DNA of 64,000 nt, taken from positions 1 through 64,000 of IMG/VR virus record IMGVR_UViG_3300033994_001756. One strand, given 5' to 3'. How positions within the stretch are numbered: position 1 is the stretch's first letter; the number at the start of each line of letters is the position of its first letter. Below, piece after piece: positions 1 to 9,096 of the stretch. The position numbers were made by a program, and so were the translations under genes. The notes under the pieces are model-generated. The model searched no databases. It worked only from the letters and a program-made list of their open reading frames with translations, and was not told the DNA's origin. The DNA comes from a virus.

Positions 1-44
1 ACAGACGCACTTGGAGAAGTGCTTTTGATTGTTGGTATATTCTA

Positions 45-188
45 ATGTTCCCTGAAAGATATTATACAAAATGGGTGTGTCAGCATAGATTGATTGATGT
101 TGAAGAAGATGCTTGGTGGTTTTATCAAGTACTCAACAATTATGATAACTTATTTGATGGGGATTATTTTGACTGCGATGATGAATAA
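45..188 (+). CDS. small hypothetical protein (47 aa, not in ORF track)
   Basis: Manual translation MFPERYYTKW...FDCDDE; overlaps next ATG. Confidence 0.5.
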   Translation: MFPERYYTKWVCQHRLIDVEEDAWWFYQVLNNYDNLFDGDYFDCDDE

Positions 189-360
189 AGAAGTAAAAAC
201 TGCTGATGATTTGAGAGCACTTGGATGGACTGATTGGTATCATCCAAATTATTGGGTTCATCCTGATTTAACTGATAGTAGTGGTAAGATTGATTACACC
301 TATCTTGGAATGTCTTTGGAACAAGCAATCATTTATGAAAACTCTGGTAAAAGAAAATGA
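181..360 (+). CDS. hypothetical protein
   Basis: ORF 94..360 re-started at ATG 178/181, coupled to upstream ORF. Confidence 0.55.
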   Translation: MNKEVKTADDLRALGWTDWYHPNYWVHPDLTDSSGKIDYTYLGMSLEQAIIYENSGKRK

Positions 361-363
361 CAT

Positions 364-543
364 ATGAATGAAAATCTTACATATAAAGAAGTTGCTGATT
401 GGATTAGAAAGACACATCGCAAATGTAATAGATATTGCGATGTTGGTTTATGGCATCCCATTTACGGTGAAATGAATACTGTTTGGGATATTATTAGAGT
501 TCTTGAAAAAAAGCACAATGAAACTCACGAAATTGATTTTTGA
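364..543 (+). CDS. hypothetical protein (59 aa)
   Basis: Manual translation MNENLTYKEVADW...; fills the gap between neighbours. Confidence 0.55.
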   Translation: MNENLTYKEVADWIRKTHRKCNRYCDVGLWHPIYGEMNTVWDIIRVLEKKHNETHEIDF

Positions 544-754
544 TTATTGGAAAATCTGGATGAGAGTTCCAGAAGAAACTAATGTCTGGGGTTCTTATGA
601 TGAGGGTCTCGGATTTTATGATTGGTATTGTATGACCTTCTGGTATGCTCTCAATCACGATTGGTATAAGATGAACAATAAGATGTATGCTTATACTGGT
701 TGTGAAGACCCTTATGTAGAACCCAGAGATTTTGAGGATATGCTAAATGATTGA
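518..754 (+). CDS. Trp-rich hypothetical protein
   Basis: FWYALNHDW motif shared with 747..929 and 1230..1589. Confidence 0.65.
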   Translation: MKLTKLIFDYWKIWMRVPEETNVWGSYDEGLGFYDWYCMTFWYALNHDWYKMNNKMYAYTGCEDPYVEPRDFEDMLND

Positions 755-929
755 CACCTTCCGCAGATGGACTATTTGGACTTCTATTTCACTATTTGAG
801 TTTTGTGTGTGGTCTTGGAGAAATCATATGTGGAACCACCTTGACGAATACCCAGATGAAGATAGAATGAGGGAACTATTCTGGCATTACCTAAACTTCG
901 GAAACACTACAACTTATTATGACTTCTAA
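747..929 (+). CDS. Trp-rich hypothetical protein
   Basis: Coupled ORF with FWHYLNFG motif. Confidence 0.6.
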   Translation: MIDTFRRWTIWTSISLFEFCVWSWRNHMWNHLDEYPDEDRMRELFWHYLNFGNTTTYYDF

Positions 930-1221
930 TCCTCTTATAGCAAAATACGAAGAACTTTACAAACCAAAAAAAGAAGAACCTAAACCAGTTTCAAAACCTT
1001 ATACAAGACACGACGGCACAATCGCAACTTTTGAAGCACTACTTGAAGACCTCAAATCTGGTAGAGCAATTATGACTGATTGTAAGACAGAACTTAATTG
1101 CAATCATCTTAGTATAAATCATTTTGATTATTTCTCCTCACCTTCTTCATCGAATTTTATGCCCCTCCCAGTTGATAGAGGTGAAAGAATTACATTAGAA
1201 ATTTTTAGAAAATATGTCTAA
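919..1221 (+). CDS. hypothetical protein
   Basis: Coupled ORF in operon. Confidence 0.6.
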   Translation: MTSNPLIAKYEELYKPKKEEPKPVSKPYTRHDGTIATFEALLEDLKSGRAIMTDCKTELNCNHLSINHFDYFSSPSSSNFMPLPVDRGERITLEIFRKYV

Positions 1222-1229
1222 TTTACTCT

Positions 1230-1589
1230 ATGATTACTCTTATAAACAAATGGATAATCGGATTTAAACCGATTAAGTATAAACCTTTCTGGTATTGGTA
1301 TCGTCTATACTGTCATCAAGGTTATCGTCTTGATGACCGACATTTATATGCAGATTTTTGGTATGAATTAAACAATGGCTGGTGGACTATGGAGTATGAT
1401 GCTTTCATCAATGACCCAGGTACAGAAGAAGCTATGATGAGTATAAGTTCTCCTGATGACCTCCCAGAGACCATCTACTTGACAGAAGAAGCTTTTGACT
1501 CTATGATGGAGAAGATCAATAATCCAGATCCACCCACACCATTTCTACGACAATTACTCTCTCGACCTGCACCTTGGGACAATGACTGA
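1230..1589 (+). CDS. Trp-rich domain fused to DUF1778/TacA-antitoxin-like C-terminus
   Basis: C-terminal IYLTEEAFDSMMEKINNPDPPTPFLRQLLSRPAPWD resembles the DUF1778 tail. Confidence 0.55.
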   Translation: MITLINKWIIGFKPIKYKPFWYWYRLYCHQGYRLDDRHLYADFWYELNNGWWTMEYDAFINDPGTEEAMMSISSPDDLPETIYLTEEAFDSMMEKINNPDPPTPFLRQLLSRPAPWDND

Positions 1590-1779
1590 TCTTGAACGAC
1601 TCAAAGCTTATGATGATGAGCTTTCCAAAGTAATGCCACCTGACTTCAAAGATTGGTGGCAGAATAGCAAAGATGAGTGGCCTGAGATTGCTGCTGCTGT
1701 CATTACAAGTTTGCGTGAGCGTGAAGAGCTTGCATGGTTGCACTTTGAACAATGTCGGAGGGAATTCGATGAAAGTTAA
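1582..1779 (+). CDS. hypothetical phage protein
   Basis: Coupled ORF. Confidence 0.6.
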   Translation: MTDLERLKAYDDELSKVMPPDFKDWWQNSKDEWPEIAAAVITSLREREELAWLHFEQCRREFDES

Positions 1780-1954
1780 AACTCGTGTTATTCTAGAACA
1801 AGCAATTGAAGAAGGTGTCCTTCGTGGTTGGCGTCTTGCACACAAGCATGTAGAAAACCCTGAAGAACATGCAATCATTGAACGTATCAATGATGCTGTC
1901 ATGTCTCAAATCTACGAATACTTTACTTTTGATGATGAACTACACATTTCCTGA
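1769..1954 (+). CDS. hypothetical phage protein
   Basis: ATG 1769 (MKVKTRVILEQAIEEG...) within ORF 1673..1954. Confidence 0.65.
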   Translation: MKVKTRVILEQAIEEGVLRGWRLAHKHVENPEEHAIIERINDAVMSQIYEYFTFDDELHIS

Positions 1955-3098
1955 CATCAATCACATTGATGATGTGATTCCTCACATTGAGGATCGTCCA
2001 GAGTTTAAAGTGATGGACAAAGGTTGGTACACTGTTATCAACTATATGGTTGCATTTGAAGATACGTTCTCACTCATTCGTGAACGTTCTCATTACAACA
2101 TGAAGATGCGTCGTGAGTGTCGTGGTCTCATCTTTGATAATGATACTGGCAATATCATTTCTCGTCCATATCACAAATTCTTCAATGTAGGTGAACGTGA
2201 AGAAACTCAGATTGATAAACTCAACTTGAGTGCTTCACATGTAGTTCTGGAGAAGCTAGATGGTTCGATGATTCGTCCTATTCCAACTCCAGAAGGATTC
2301 CGTTTAGGTACGAAGGCTGGTATTACTGATGTTGCAATGAATGCAGAAGTGTTCATTGGTGATAAGCCACAGTACAATACTTTCATTCGTGCCATGATTG
2401 AAGGTGGAATGACACCTATCTTTGAATGGTGTTCTCGTAAAAATCGTATTGTAGTTGATTATCCTAAAGACCAACTCATTCTCACTGGTATTCGTAACCT
2501 TACCAAAGGTAACTATCTACCATATTTCAACATGGTAGAACTTGCATCACATTATGATATTCCTTATGTGATTGCATTCTCTGGAAGTGTTCCTATTGAT
2601 GAAGACTTAATCACTACTATTCGTAAATGGGATGATGGTGAGGGTGTAGTAATTCGCTTTGATGATGGTCACATGGTCAAAGTTAAAGCTGATGAATATA
2701 TTCTTCGCCATCGCTCAAAGGAACAAATCAACTCAGAAAAGAATATTATTCAAGTTATCATTAATGATGCAGTAGATGATATGATTCCACTGCTTACTGA
2801 AGATGATGCAACTCGACTACGAAAGTTCCAGTCTGACTTCTGGGGTGCAGTTGATGAAGTGGCACAAGACCTTACTACCATCTTTGAAGGTGGTGATAAG
2901 ATGTATCCAGACAAAAAGGAGTTCGCCGTTGAGTTTGTAAATCGAATGCTTCTTCCCATTCATCGCCCATTCATGTTCGGCATGAAACAAGGCAAAGAAT
3001 GTAAACAACTCTTGATTGATTCAATCGAGAAATCTCTCACTTCTCAAACCAAACTAAACGATTCCCGCTGGATGTTCGGAGGTATTTCATGGAACTGA
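1932..3098 (+). CDS. rnlA: RNA ligase 1 (T4 Rnl1/gp63 family)
   Basis: RECRGLIF, SRPYHKFFN, motif I EKLDGS, EGVV and KVK motifs; start moved to ATG 1932/1935. Confidence 0.9.
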   Translation: MMNYTFPDINHIDDVIPHIEDRPEFKVMDKGWYTVINYMVAFEDTFSLIRERSHYNMKMRRECRGLIFDNDTGNIISRPYHKFFNVGEREETQIDKLNLSASHVVLEKLDGSMIRPIPTPEGFRLGTKAGITDVAMNAEVFIGDKPQYNTFIRAMIEGGMTPIFEWCSRKNRIVVDYPKDQLILTGIRNLTKGNYLPYFNMVELASHYDIPYVIAFSGSVPIDEDLITTIRKWDDGEGVVIRFDDGHMVKVKADEYILRHRSKEQINSEKNIIQVIINDAVDDMIPLLTEDDATRLRKFQSDFWGAVDEVAQDLTTIFEGGDKMYPDKKEFAVEFVNRMLLPIHRPFMFGMKQGKECKQLLIDSIEKSLTSQTKLNDSRWMFGGISWN

Positions 3099-3589
3099 TT
3101 ATGATGTGTGGTATTCCTTGTGCAGGTAAATCATCCTACATTCGCAGAGGAATTGACAACACTGATGTGTTTGATGAATATGTAATCATTTCCACTGATG
3201 ATTACATTGAAAAAATTGCAAGAGAAAACAATTCAACTTACAATGAAGTCTTTGACGATGTTATCTCTGAGGCTACTGCTAAGATGTATGAAGAGCTAGA
3301 ACTTGCAATTCAACGAGGCAAGTCTATCATCTGGGATCAGACTAATGTTTCTAGAAAGTCTCGTAGACAGAAACTAAAGAAGATTCCAGATACTTATACC
3401 AAAACTGCAGTGGTTCTTCCTATCACTCTTGAAGAAGCTATCATTCGCAATTCGCAAAGAGCAAACAAATTCATTCCACGCTCTGTTATTACTCGCATGT
3501 ATCACCAATTTGAAATGCCAACTGAAGACGAAGGTTTTGATGTTATTATGACTCATGATGGGTCGCATCTGAAATTGCAGGTAGCCTGA
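3089..3589 (+). CDS. polynucleotide kinase (AAA_33 P-loop; Pnk kinase half)
   Basis: Walker A GIPCAGKS, STDD, WDQTN; directly follows RNA ligase. Confidence 0.8.
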   Translation: MELIMMCGIPCAGKSSYIRRGIDNTDVFDEYVIISTDDYIEKIARENNSTYNEVFDDVISEATAKMYEELELAIQRGKSIIWDQTNVSRKSRRQKLKKIPDTYTKTAVVLPITLEEAIIRNSQRANKFIPRSVITRMYHQFEMPTEDEGFDVIMTHDGSHLKLQVA

Positions 3590-3966
3590 TGATCTCTGAC
3601 TCGGTATTTGAACACGCAATCGCAACTGCAAAATCTTCTCCATCAAAGAAACAAGTTGGCGCTTTGCTACTCAATAAAAACAAAGTAATTGTCTCAGCTA
3701 CTAATTTAGAAACTAAGTCTCATCCAATTCAAGCTAAGTTTGCAGAACGAGTTGGATTGAAAGAAAAGATCTATCTCCATGCAGAGATCGCAGCCCTAGT
3801 TAAGTGTCGTGAAGATGTAGATACTATTATTGTTGCAAGGATCAATCCACAGGGTAAACTACGAATGGCTCGACCATGCCCCATTTGCCAGCTAGCACTC
3901 AAAGAAGCTGGCATCACTCATGTTCACTATACCACAAACCATGGATTCCTCTACGAATACTCCTAA
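3589..3966 (+). CDS. CMP/dCMP-type zinc deaminase
   Basis: HAE and PCPIC zinc-binding motifs. Confidence 0.8.
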   Translation: MISDSVFEHAIATAKSSPSKKQVGALLLNKNKVIVSATNLETKSHPIQAKFAERVGLKEKIYLHAEIAALVKCREDVDTIIVARINPQGKLRMARPCPICQLALKEAGITHVHYTTNHGFLYEYS

Positions 3967-4414
3967 ACTTAAGTGCATCATTTTTGACCTCGATGGTACT
4001 CTCTGTGATGTGACTCATCGCAGACAATTTGTTGCAACCAAGCCTCGTAACTGGGATGCATGGAATCGTGGAATCAGTAATGATAAACCTGTAGAGCAGG
4101 TACTTGAAATGTTTTGTGCATTGAAGTACCTATATCCTATTTTCTTTGTAAGTGGTCGCTCTGATGATTATCGTGATGTGACTGTAAAATGGCTTGAGAA
4201 ACATGGTATCACACCATATGATCATAATGGCTTATACATGAGAAAGTATCAAGACCATCGTGATGATGCTATTGTGAAGGCAGAGATTGCTGATCAGATC
4301 GAAGAGCAATATCAAATCTTTGCAGTGTTTGATGATCGCAAAAGGGTCTTGACAATGTGGCAGGATCGTGGTATATTTACCTTTGATGTCTCCCAAGGTA
4401 AAGGTGATTTCTAA
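3941..4414 (+). CDS. HAD 3'-phosphatase (T4 PseT C-terminal domain-like)
   Basis: DLDGT, SGR, YMR..DHR.D..VK, FDDR motifs. Confidence 0.85.
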   Translation: MDSSTNTPKLKCIIFDLDGTLCDVTHRRQFVATKPRNWDAWNRGISNDKPVEQVLEMFCALKYLYPIFFVSGRSDDYRDVTVKWLEKHGITPYDHNGLYMRKYQDHRDDAIVKAEIADQIEEQYQIFAVFDDRKRVLTMWQDRGIFTFDVSQGKGDF

Positions 4415-4779
4415 TGGGAATGTTTGATCGAGTTCGTTGTTCATATCCAATCAACGAACATTTCAATAATCATACATTACAAACCAAAGGACTCAAGTGT
4501 ATTATGACTGATTATTGGATCAGTCCTTCTGGTGAGTTGTATGAGATTGATGATTGCATGGCTGCAGACTTTGTAGAAGTCGATGATGAATCACTTCCAC
4601 CTTGGGCAAGATTTCAATGGATTCCAAATGGCAATCATGGTGTGATTCGTCCACAATATGTAACTGATTGCATTGAAGTATATCCAGAACAAAACCCAAA
4701 TGCAAAATGGGAATGCTGGCCAAGATGTAGTATATGTTTTAAACTAGGTAAGATTACCCACATTGAAATACTTAGATGA
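4414..4779 (+). CDS. hypothetical phage protein (MGMFD type)
   Basis: Coupled ORF, MGMFD...LQTK motif. Confidence 0.65.
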   Translation: MGMFDRVRCSYPINEHFNNHTLQTKGLKCIMTDYWISPSGELYEIDDCMAADFVEVDDESLPPWARFQWIPNGNHGVIRPQYVTDCIEVYPEQNPNAKWECWPRCSICFKLGKITHIEILR

Positions 4780-5057
4780 GTGATTTTCCATACGAAGGAT
4801 TTCCATACAGGCTAGAATACACTGATGGAAAGGATGAACGAGTTTGTTGGTTTATGTGTGAAGAGCATCTTCAGAAACATATTGAGAGATACAAACCAAC
4901 CAATGCAAGTATTCAAACAGTCAAACGAAAACCAAAAGAAAAGAAACCTGAACTGTTCTCAACACTAGACACATTCTTTACACCAGATGAAACACCTGTG
5001 GCACCTGTGGGCACTCGCACTAGGAGAAAAAGCACACAAAAAAGATCAAGTAGCTGA
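4776..5057 (+). CDS. hypothetical cyanophage protein
   Basis: ATGA coupling; FPYRLE...CWF.CEEHL.K motif. Confidence 0.65.
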   Translation: MSDFPYEGFPYRLEYTDGKDERVCWFMCEEHLQKHIERYKPTNASIQTVKRKPKEKKPELFSTLDTFFTPDETPVAPVGTRTRRKSTQKRSSS

Positions 5058-5307
5058 TAAGGTTGCTATTGTAAGGACAGTTATCTTTACTACGTATCTC
5101 ATTACAAACTGCTTTATTGTTGCTGGTGTTATTCGACACTGGAATGATAGAGAAATTAAAGTTGAAGTTGAAATCTATGAAAATTCAAACTATGCAGAAA
5201 AACTTTACTCAGAAGGACGGGACTATCTGGGAATGGATGGAGACTCCCGAATTGAGGGAGTATATCGCTCAGGCACAGTCAAAAACCGTACTGGAGAATT
5301 TGAATGA
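4987..5307 (+). CDS. membrane-associated hypothetical cyanophage protein
   Basis: WALALGEKA...ITNCFIVAGVIRHW; hydrophobic segment. Confidence 0.65.
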   Translation: MKHLWHLWALALGEKAHKKDQVADKVAIVRTVIFTTYLITNCFIVAGVIRHWNDREIKVEVEIYENSNYAEKLYSEGRDYLGMDGDSRIEGVYRSGTVKNRTGEFE

Positions 5308-5329
5308 CAAACCCAAACGAGCATCCTGA
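5177..5329 (+). CDS. possible small protein overlapping 4987..5307
   Basis: KDGTIWEWMETPE; alternative frame. Confidence 0.35.
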   Translation: MKIQTMQKNFTQKDGTIWEWMETPELREYIAQAQSKTVLENLNDKPKRAS

Positions 5330-5540
5330 AATTGCAGAGGTAGATTGGATTGATGATACATTCCGTGTTGAACAATCTCGTTGGAAAACTTGGAAGAGTT
5401 TTCATAAGAATGGGGACCCGCTTATTACTTCTCTCACACGGGAATCTTGCATCAATGCAACAAGATTCATCCTTAAAGGAAGACAAGAAGGTTTTCCCGA
5501 AAGTAAACTTTACGAAGGGGTGGTAGGTGGAAAACTCTAA
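5304..5540 (+). CDS. hypothetical cyanophage protein
   Basis: Coupled ORF ending GVVGGKL. Confidence 0.7.
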   Translation: MTNPNEHPEIAEVDWIDDTFRVEQSRWKTWKSFHKNGDPLITSLTRESCINATRFILKGRQEGFPESKLYEGVVGGKL

Positions 5541-5694
5541 TGATGTGCCAGTTCACGTACTGGACCCAACCACTCCCTGGTATGAGTTTTTATCCTATAC
5601 TGAATGCTGTTGGAGCCTAAATCCACCAGGACATCCATCACTCACCCGCTTCATGCGTTACCACGATTATCTCAAGGAGATTGGTCTCAAATGA
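5527..5694 (+). CDS. small hypothetical protein (55 aa, GTG start, not in ORF track)
   Basis: MENSNDVPVHVLDPTTPWYEFLSYTECCW...; ATGA coupling to next gene. Confidence 0.55.
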   Translation: MENSNDVPVHVLDPTTPWYEFLSYTECCWSLNPPGHPSLTRFMRYHDYLKEIGLK

Positions 5695-5879
5695 ATGATT
5701 TTTCAATTTCAGGCACAGCAAACAAATATACAGATGCAGAACTTGATGCAATGTGTCTGTATTCCGAAAATCTTGATCTGAAACGTAGGATTGGGATTCT
5801 TGAAGAAGAAAATCTAAAACTCAAGAATGAACTTCTTGAACTCTCTGCACAAATGGAAGGAATGATTTATGAAAACTAG
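5691..5879 (+). CDS. coiled-coil hypothetical protein
   Basis: ATG 5691 in ORF 5604..5879. Confidence 0.6.
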   Translation: MNDFSISGTANKYTDAELDAMCLYSENLDLKRRIGILEEENLKLKNELLELSAQMEGMIYEN

Positions 5880-6186
5880 TATTCTTGTTTTTGGTAGTTT
5901 TGTGGGTCTGGTTGCTTCTATTTGGGGGATTGCCTACCACGACCTTCTGTTCACCGCATTTTTTGCACCAAAGTACGAGAATGTTCGCAGGAACACCTTT
6001 GAACAATCAAAGTCCTTCCGAACTGGTGCTGTCCAAGAACTGCAGAATATGCAATTTGAGTATATCAAAGCAACACCTGAACATAAAGCAGCACTGGCAG
6101 ATGTAATTCGGCATCGTGCTGCTGAAGTTCCTGCTGATGCTATGCCTTCTGACCTCCAATCCTTCATCTCTAATCTTCCTAACTGA
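5869..6186 (+). CDS. membrane-anchored protein
   Basis: N-terminal transmembrane segment. Confidence 0.7.
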   Translation: MKTSILVFGSFVGLVASIWGIAYHDLLFTAFFAPKYENVRRNTFEQSKSFRTGAVQELQNMQFEYIKATPEHKAALADVIRHRAAEVPADAMPSDLQSFISNLPN

Positions 6187-6188
6187 TA

Positions 6189-6674
6189 ATGAAATCCATT
6201 GCTTCTGTTGCTGTCATCACACTTCTGGGTGTAACTCTTGTTGGTTGTGATGATTTCAGTAATTCTGACCAAAAACAACGTGATCAGCAAGAACGTATTC
6301 TTCAAGAAGGTACTGCTCAAACTGGTATGCCTGCCATCAAGAACTTCCGTGAACGCAAACTGATGAAACAAATCATTGAGATGCGTGACCAAGATGGTTT
6401 AGTGACTTATACTTACACTGTTCCTGAAACTACTGGTCGTCCAGTGTTCCTGTGTAATTCTATTGGTTATGGTTTGCCTGCTGCTACTCAATATACTAAT
6501 CCTGAAAAGTATGAGTACACTGGAACAACTCTACCACAAGCAGACCCTAATGGTCTTTTTTCTCCTGATAGTGCAGAAGGAACTTGGGTGATGTGTTCTG
6601 ATCCCAGTGGTAGTGGTAAGACCCGTCCTGTGTATGTTGAACCTCGTATTATTGTTTCTCCCTTTAAACTCTGA
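6189..6674 (+). CDS. putative lipoprotein
   Basis: Signal peptide with lipobox LVGC. Confidence 0.75.
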   Translation: MKSIASVAVITLLGVTLVGCDDFSNSDQKQRDQQERILQEGTAQTGMPAIKNFRERKLMKQIIEMRDQDGLVTYTYTVPETTGRPVFLCNSIGYGLPAATQYTNPEKYEYTGTTLPQADPNGLFSPDSAEGTWVMCSDPSGSGKTRPVYVEPRIIVSPFKL

Positions 6675-6676
6675 TT

Positions 6677-7099
6677 ATGACTAAAGTTGTTTATAATGCC
6701 TGCTACGGTGGGTTTGGTCTGTCTAAAGAAGCAGTCCAACGATACTGGGAACTCAAAGAACAACAAGTTTGGATTGAGGATGAACGATGGGGATATAATG
6801 TTTGGCTGGTTCCACCTGAAGAGCGAATCAAAGCAAAAAACACAGAAGAGTTTCAGGCTATGAGTTTTGATGAGCGTATGGCTTACAACAAAGCATATTC
6901 AGCACAAAATTGGTATCACCGTGATGTTGATCGTCATGACCCTATTCTGGTTCAAGTTGTAGAAGAACTGGGTGACAAAGCAAATGGTGAGTGTGCTAAA
7001 CTTGCTATTGTTGAAATCAGTGGTCCTTATCATATTGATGAATATGATGGATTTGAGAGTGTAGAAACTCCTAATAGTTATGATTGGATTACTCCCTGA
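6677..7099 (+). CDS. hypothetical phage protein
   Basis: KVVYNACYGGFGLS...RHDP.LVQVVEELG...EYDGFE. Confidence 0.7.
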   Translation: MTKVVYNACYGGFGLSKEAVQRYWELKEQQVWIEDERWGYNVWLVPPEERIKAKNTEEFQAMSFDERMAYNKAYSAQNWYHRDVDRHDPILVQVVEELGDKANGECAKLAIVEISGPYHIDEYDGFESVETPNSYDWITP

Positions 7100-7121
7100 A
7101 CTTTATTTGAGGTAAATTACT

Positions 7122-7529
7122 ATGACTAAACAAAACGGATTTATTGACCCTGTTATTGCTATTGGTGCTGTTGGTGCCATTGCTGTTCTTGGTCTCATCT
7201 TCATTGGTGGTCCACAGTATAATGTGTGGCAGCAATCACTTGCTGGTAAAGCGGAACTGCAAAAGGCAGAGTTTACTCGTCAGGTAGCAGTTCTGGAAGC
7301 ACAAGCAAAGAAAGATTCTGCTTCGCAACTTGCTGATGCTGAAATCATCCGTGCTCAAGGTGTTGCCAAGGCAAACCAAATCATTGGTGATTCGCTGAAA
7401 GATAATCGTGAGTATCTTCAGTATCTGTACATTACTGGTATTGAAGATGGTGCCAAAAATGGTAATGTAACCATCTATGTGCCCACTGAAGGTGGGATGC
7501 CTGTTCCTACACTCCAAATGAACAAATGA
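7122..7529 (+). CDS. membrane protein, SPFH/band-7-like C-terminal region
   Basis: TM segment, AEIIRAQGVAKANQIIG..L...YLQY; SD GAGG upstream. Confidence 0.6.
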   Translation: MTKQNGFIDPVIAIGAVGAIAVLGLIFIGGPQYNVWQQSLAGKAELQKAEFTRQVAVLEAQAKKDSASQLADAEIIRAQGVAKANQIIGDSLKDNREYLQYLYITGIEDGAKNGNVTIYVPTEGGMPVPTLQMNK

Positions 7530-8128
7530 TTGAAAAGCAAATCCAGTCTGAAGTTTATGGTGTTCCAAGTGTATTCACACTAAGGTTTTACACTGAGGAT
7601 GATACTCCATGGCTCAAGAATACTTTTGAAGCCTGGAAACTATTGCATGAATGCCTTCGTGAAGAAGCAGCTGGAGACCAGGGACTGTTTCATGATGAGA
7701 GAGCTACAAACATTCCAGAAGCAATCTCTGAAGTAACATATTGTATTTTGACTACAGCTGGTAGGTATCACAAATCATCAAATGAAAAGCTAAAAGATCG
7801 TTCGTTTGATGCATTTGATATTATTGACGGCAAGGCAGTACAGATCAAAGCTACACAAATGAAGTATGATTGTACATCATTTGGACCCAAGTCCAAGCAA
7901 GATAAAATTATCTTTATGGATTTCTACAATGGTGGCAACATTGATGGTACTGTAGATGTTTATGAGATTCCATATGATCTTGTATCAAATGTAATCGTCA
8001 AACAAAAAGAACAAGTCACATTTGAAGAACGCAAGAAAGAGGGAAAGCGTCCTAGGTTCTCTGTAAAGAAATACGTAATCGAACCCAACGATCTCCAGCC
8101 CCTTTACAAGGGAATCAAACTGTGGTAA
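7526..8128 (+). CDS. type II restriction endonuclease, Bsp6I family (predicted GCNGC)
   Basis: NIPEAISE, D...VQIKAT PD-(D/E)XK-like core, SFGPK, GKRPRFS as recalled for R.Bsp6I; adjacent C5 MTase. Confidence 0.75.
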   Translation: MIEKQIQSEVYGVPSVFTLRFYTEDDTPWLKNTFEAWKLLHECLREEAAGDQGLFHDERATNIPEAISEVTYCILTTAGRYHKSSNEKLKDRSFDAFDIIDGKAVQIKATQMKYDCTSFGPKSKQDKIIFMDFYNGGNIDGTVDVYEIPYDLVSNVIVKQKEQVTFEERKKEGKRPRFSVKKYVIEPNDLQPLYKGIKLW

Positions 8129-8152
8129 CATATCAGAACTTATACGAAGGCT

Positions 8153-9091
8153 ATGCTAAAAACTATTGATCTCTTTGCTGGAATTGGTGGGATGCGTATT
8201 GGATTTGAGAATGCTGGATTCCAAACAGTATTCTCAAATGACTTTGAACCCAAGTGCAAAGCAACTTATGATCTAAACTTCCAAGAGTCTAAACTTCACA
8301 TTCAGGATATTCGTGAGATCAATCCTGCAACACTCCCTGACTTTAACTTCCTATTAGGTGGTTTTCCTTGCCAGCCATTCTCTATTGCTGGCAACCGTCA
8401 GGGATTTGATGATCAAAAGGATCGTGGCAATCTATTCTTTTGCATTGCCAACATTATTAAACAGAAATCTCCCGATGGATTTCTTCTTGAGAATGTAAAG
8501 AATCTAGTTGGTCATGATGGTGGTAATACTATGAAAACCATCAGTGCAATTATTAATAGCCTTGGCTATAGTTTCAAGTATAAAGTTCTGAATACTATGG
8601 AATATGGTAATGTTCCGCAGAATCGTGAACGTATCTATATTGTAGGGTTCAAAGATCCAGTTCACAACTTTAAGTTTAGTTTCCCAGATCGAGTTGCACT
8701 TACCAAAACTGTACGTGAGTATCTTGAACCAGTTGTAGATCGTAAATATTATTATAATGGTAAGCCACTCTATGACAGAATCAAAGATGATGTCATAGAT
8801 GAGAATGAAGTATATCAGTGGAGGCGTAAGTATGTACGTCAAAACAAACGAGGTGTATGTCCTACACTAACTGCTAATATGGGATCAGGTGGACATAATG
8901 TTCCTATTATTAAAGTCTCAGATGGTATTCGTAAACTAACTCCTCTTGAATGTGTACGACTTCAAGGATTCCCTGATTGGTATCAACTACCAAAAGCATC
9001 TGATTCATCATTGTATATGCAAGCTGGTAACTCAGTGAGTGTTCCTGTTATTGAAGCCATAGCAAAACGAGTTGTATTTGCTATGCAATAA
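8153..9091 (+). CDS. DNA cytosine-5 methyltransferase, M.Bsp6I-like
   Basis: LFAGIGG, GFPCQ, ENVKNL, QNRERIY, GNSV; target-recognition region YQWRRKYVRQNK..VCPTLTANMG.GGHNVP. Confidence 0.92.
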   Translation: MLKTIDLFAGIGGMRIGFENAGFQTVFSNDFEPKCKATYDLNFQESKLHIQDIREINPATLPDFNFLLGGFPCQPFSIAGNRQGFDDQKDRGNLFFCIANIIKQKSPDGFLLENVKNLVGHDGGNTMKTISAIINSLGYSFKYKVLNTMEYGNVPQNRERIYIVGFKDPVHNFKFSFPDRVALTKTVREYLEPVVDRKYYYNGKPLYDRIKDDVIDENEVYQWRRKYVRQNKRGVCPTLTANMGSGGHNVPIIKVSDGIRKLTPLECVRLQGFPDWYQLPKASDSSLYMQAGNSVSVPVIEAIAKRVVFAMQ

Positions 9092-9096
9092 TAATC

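Noticed and set aside
5545-5566. Box A copy GTGCCAGT-N6-ACTGGACC
   Set aside because: Lies inside a probable CDS with no clear -35 downstream; may be a relic or chance match.
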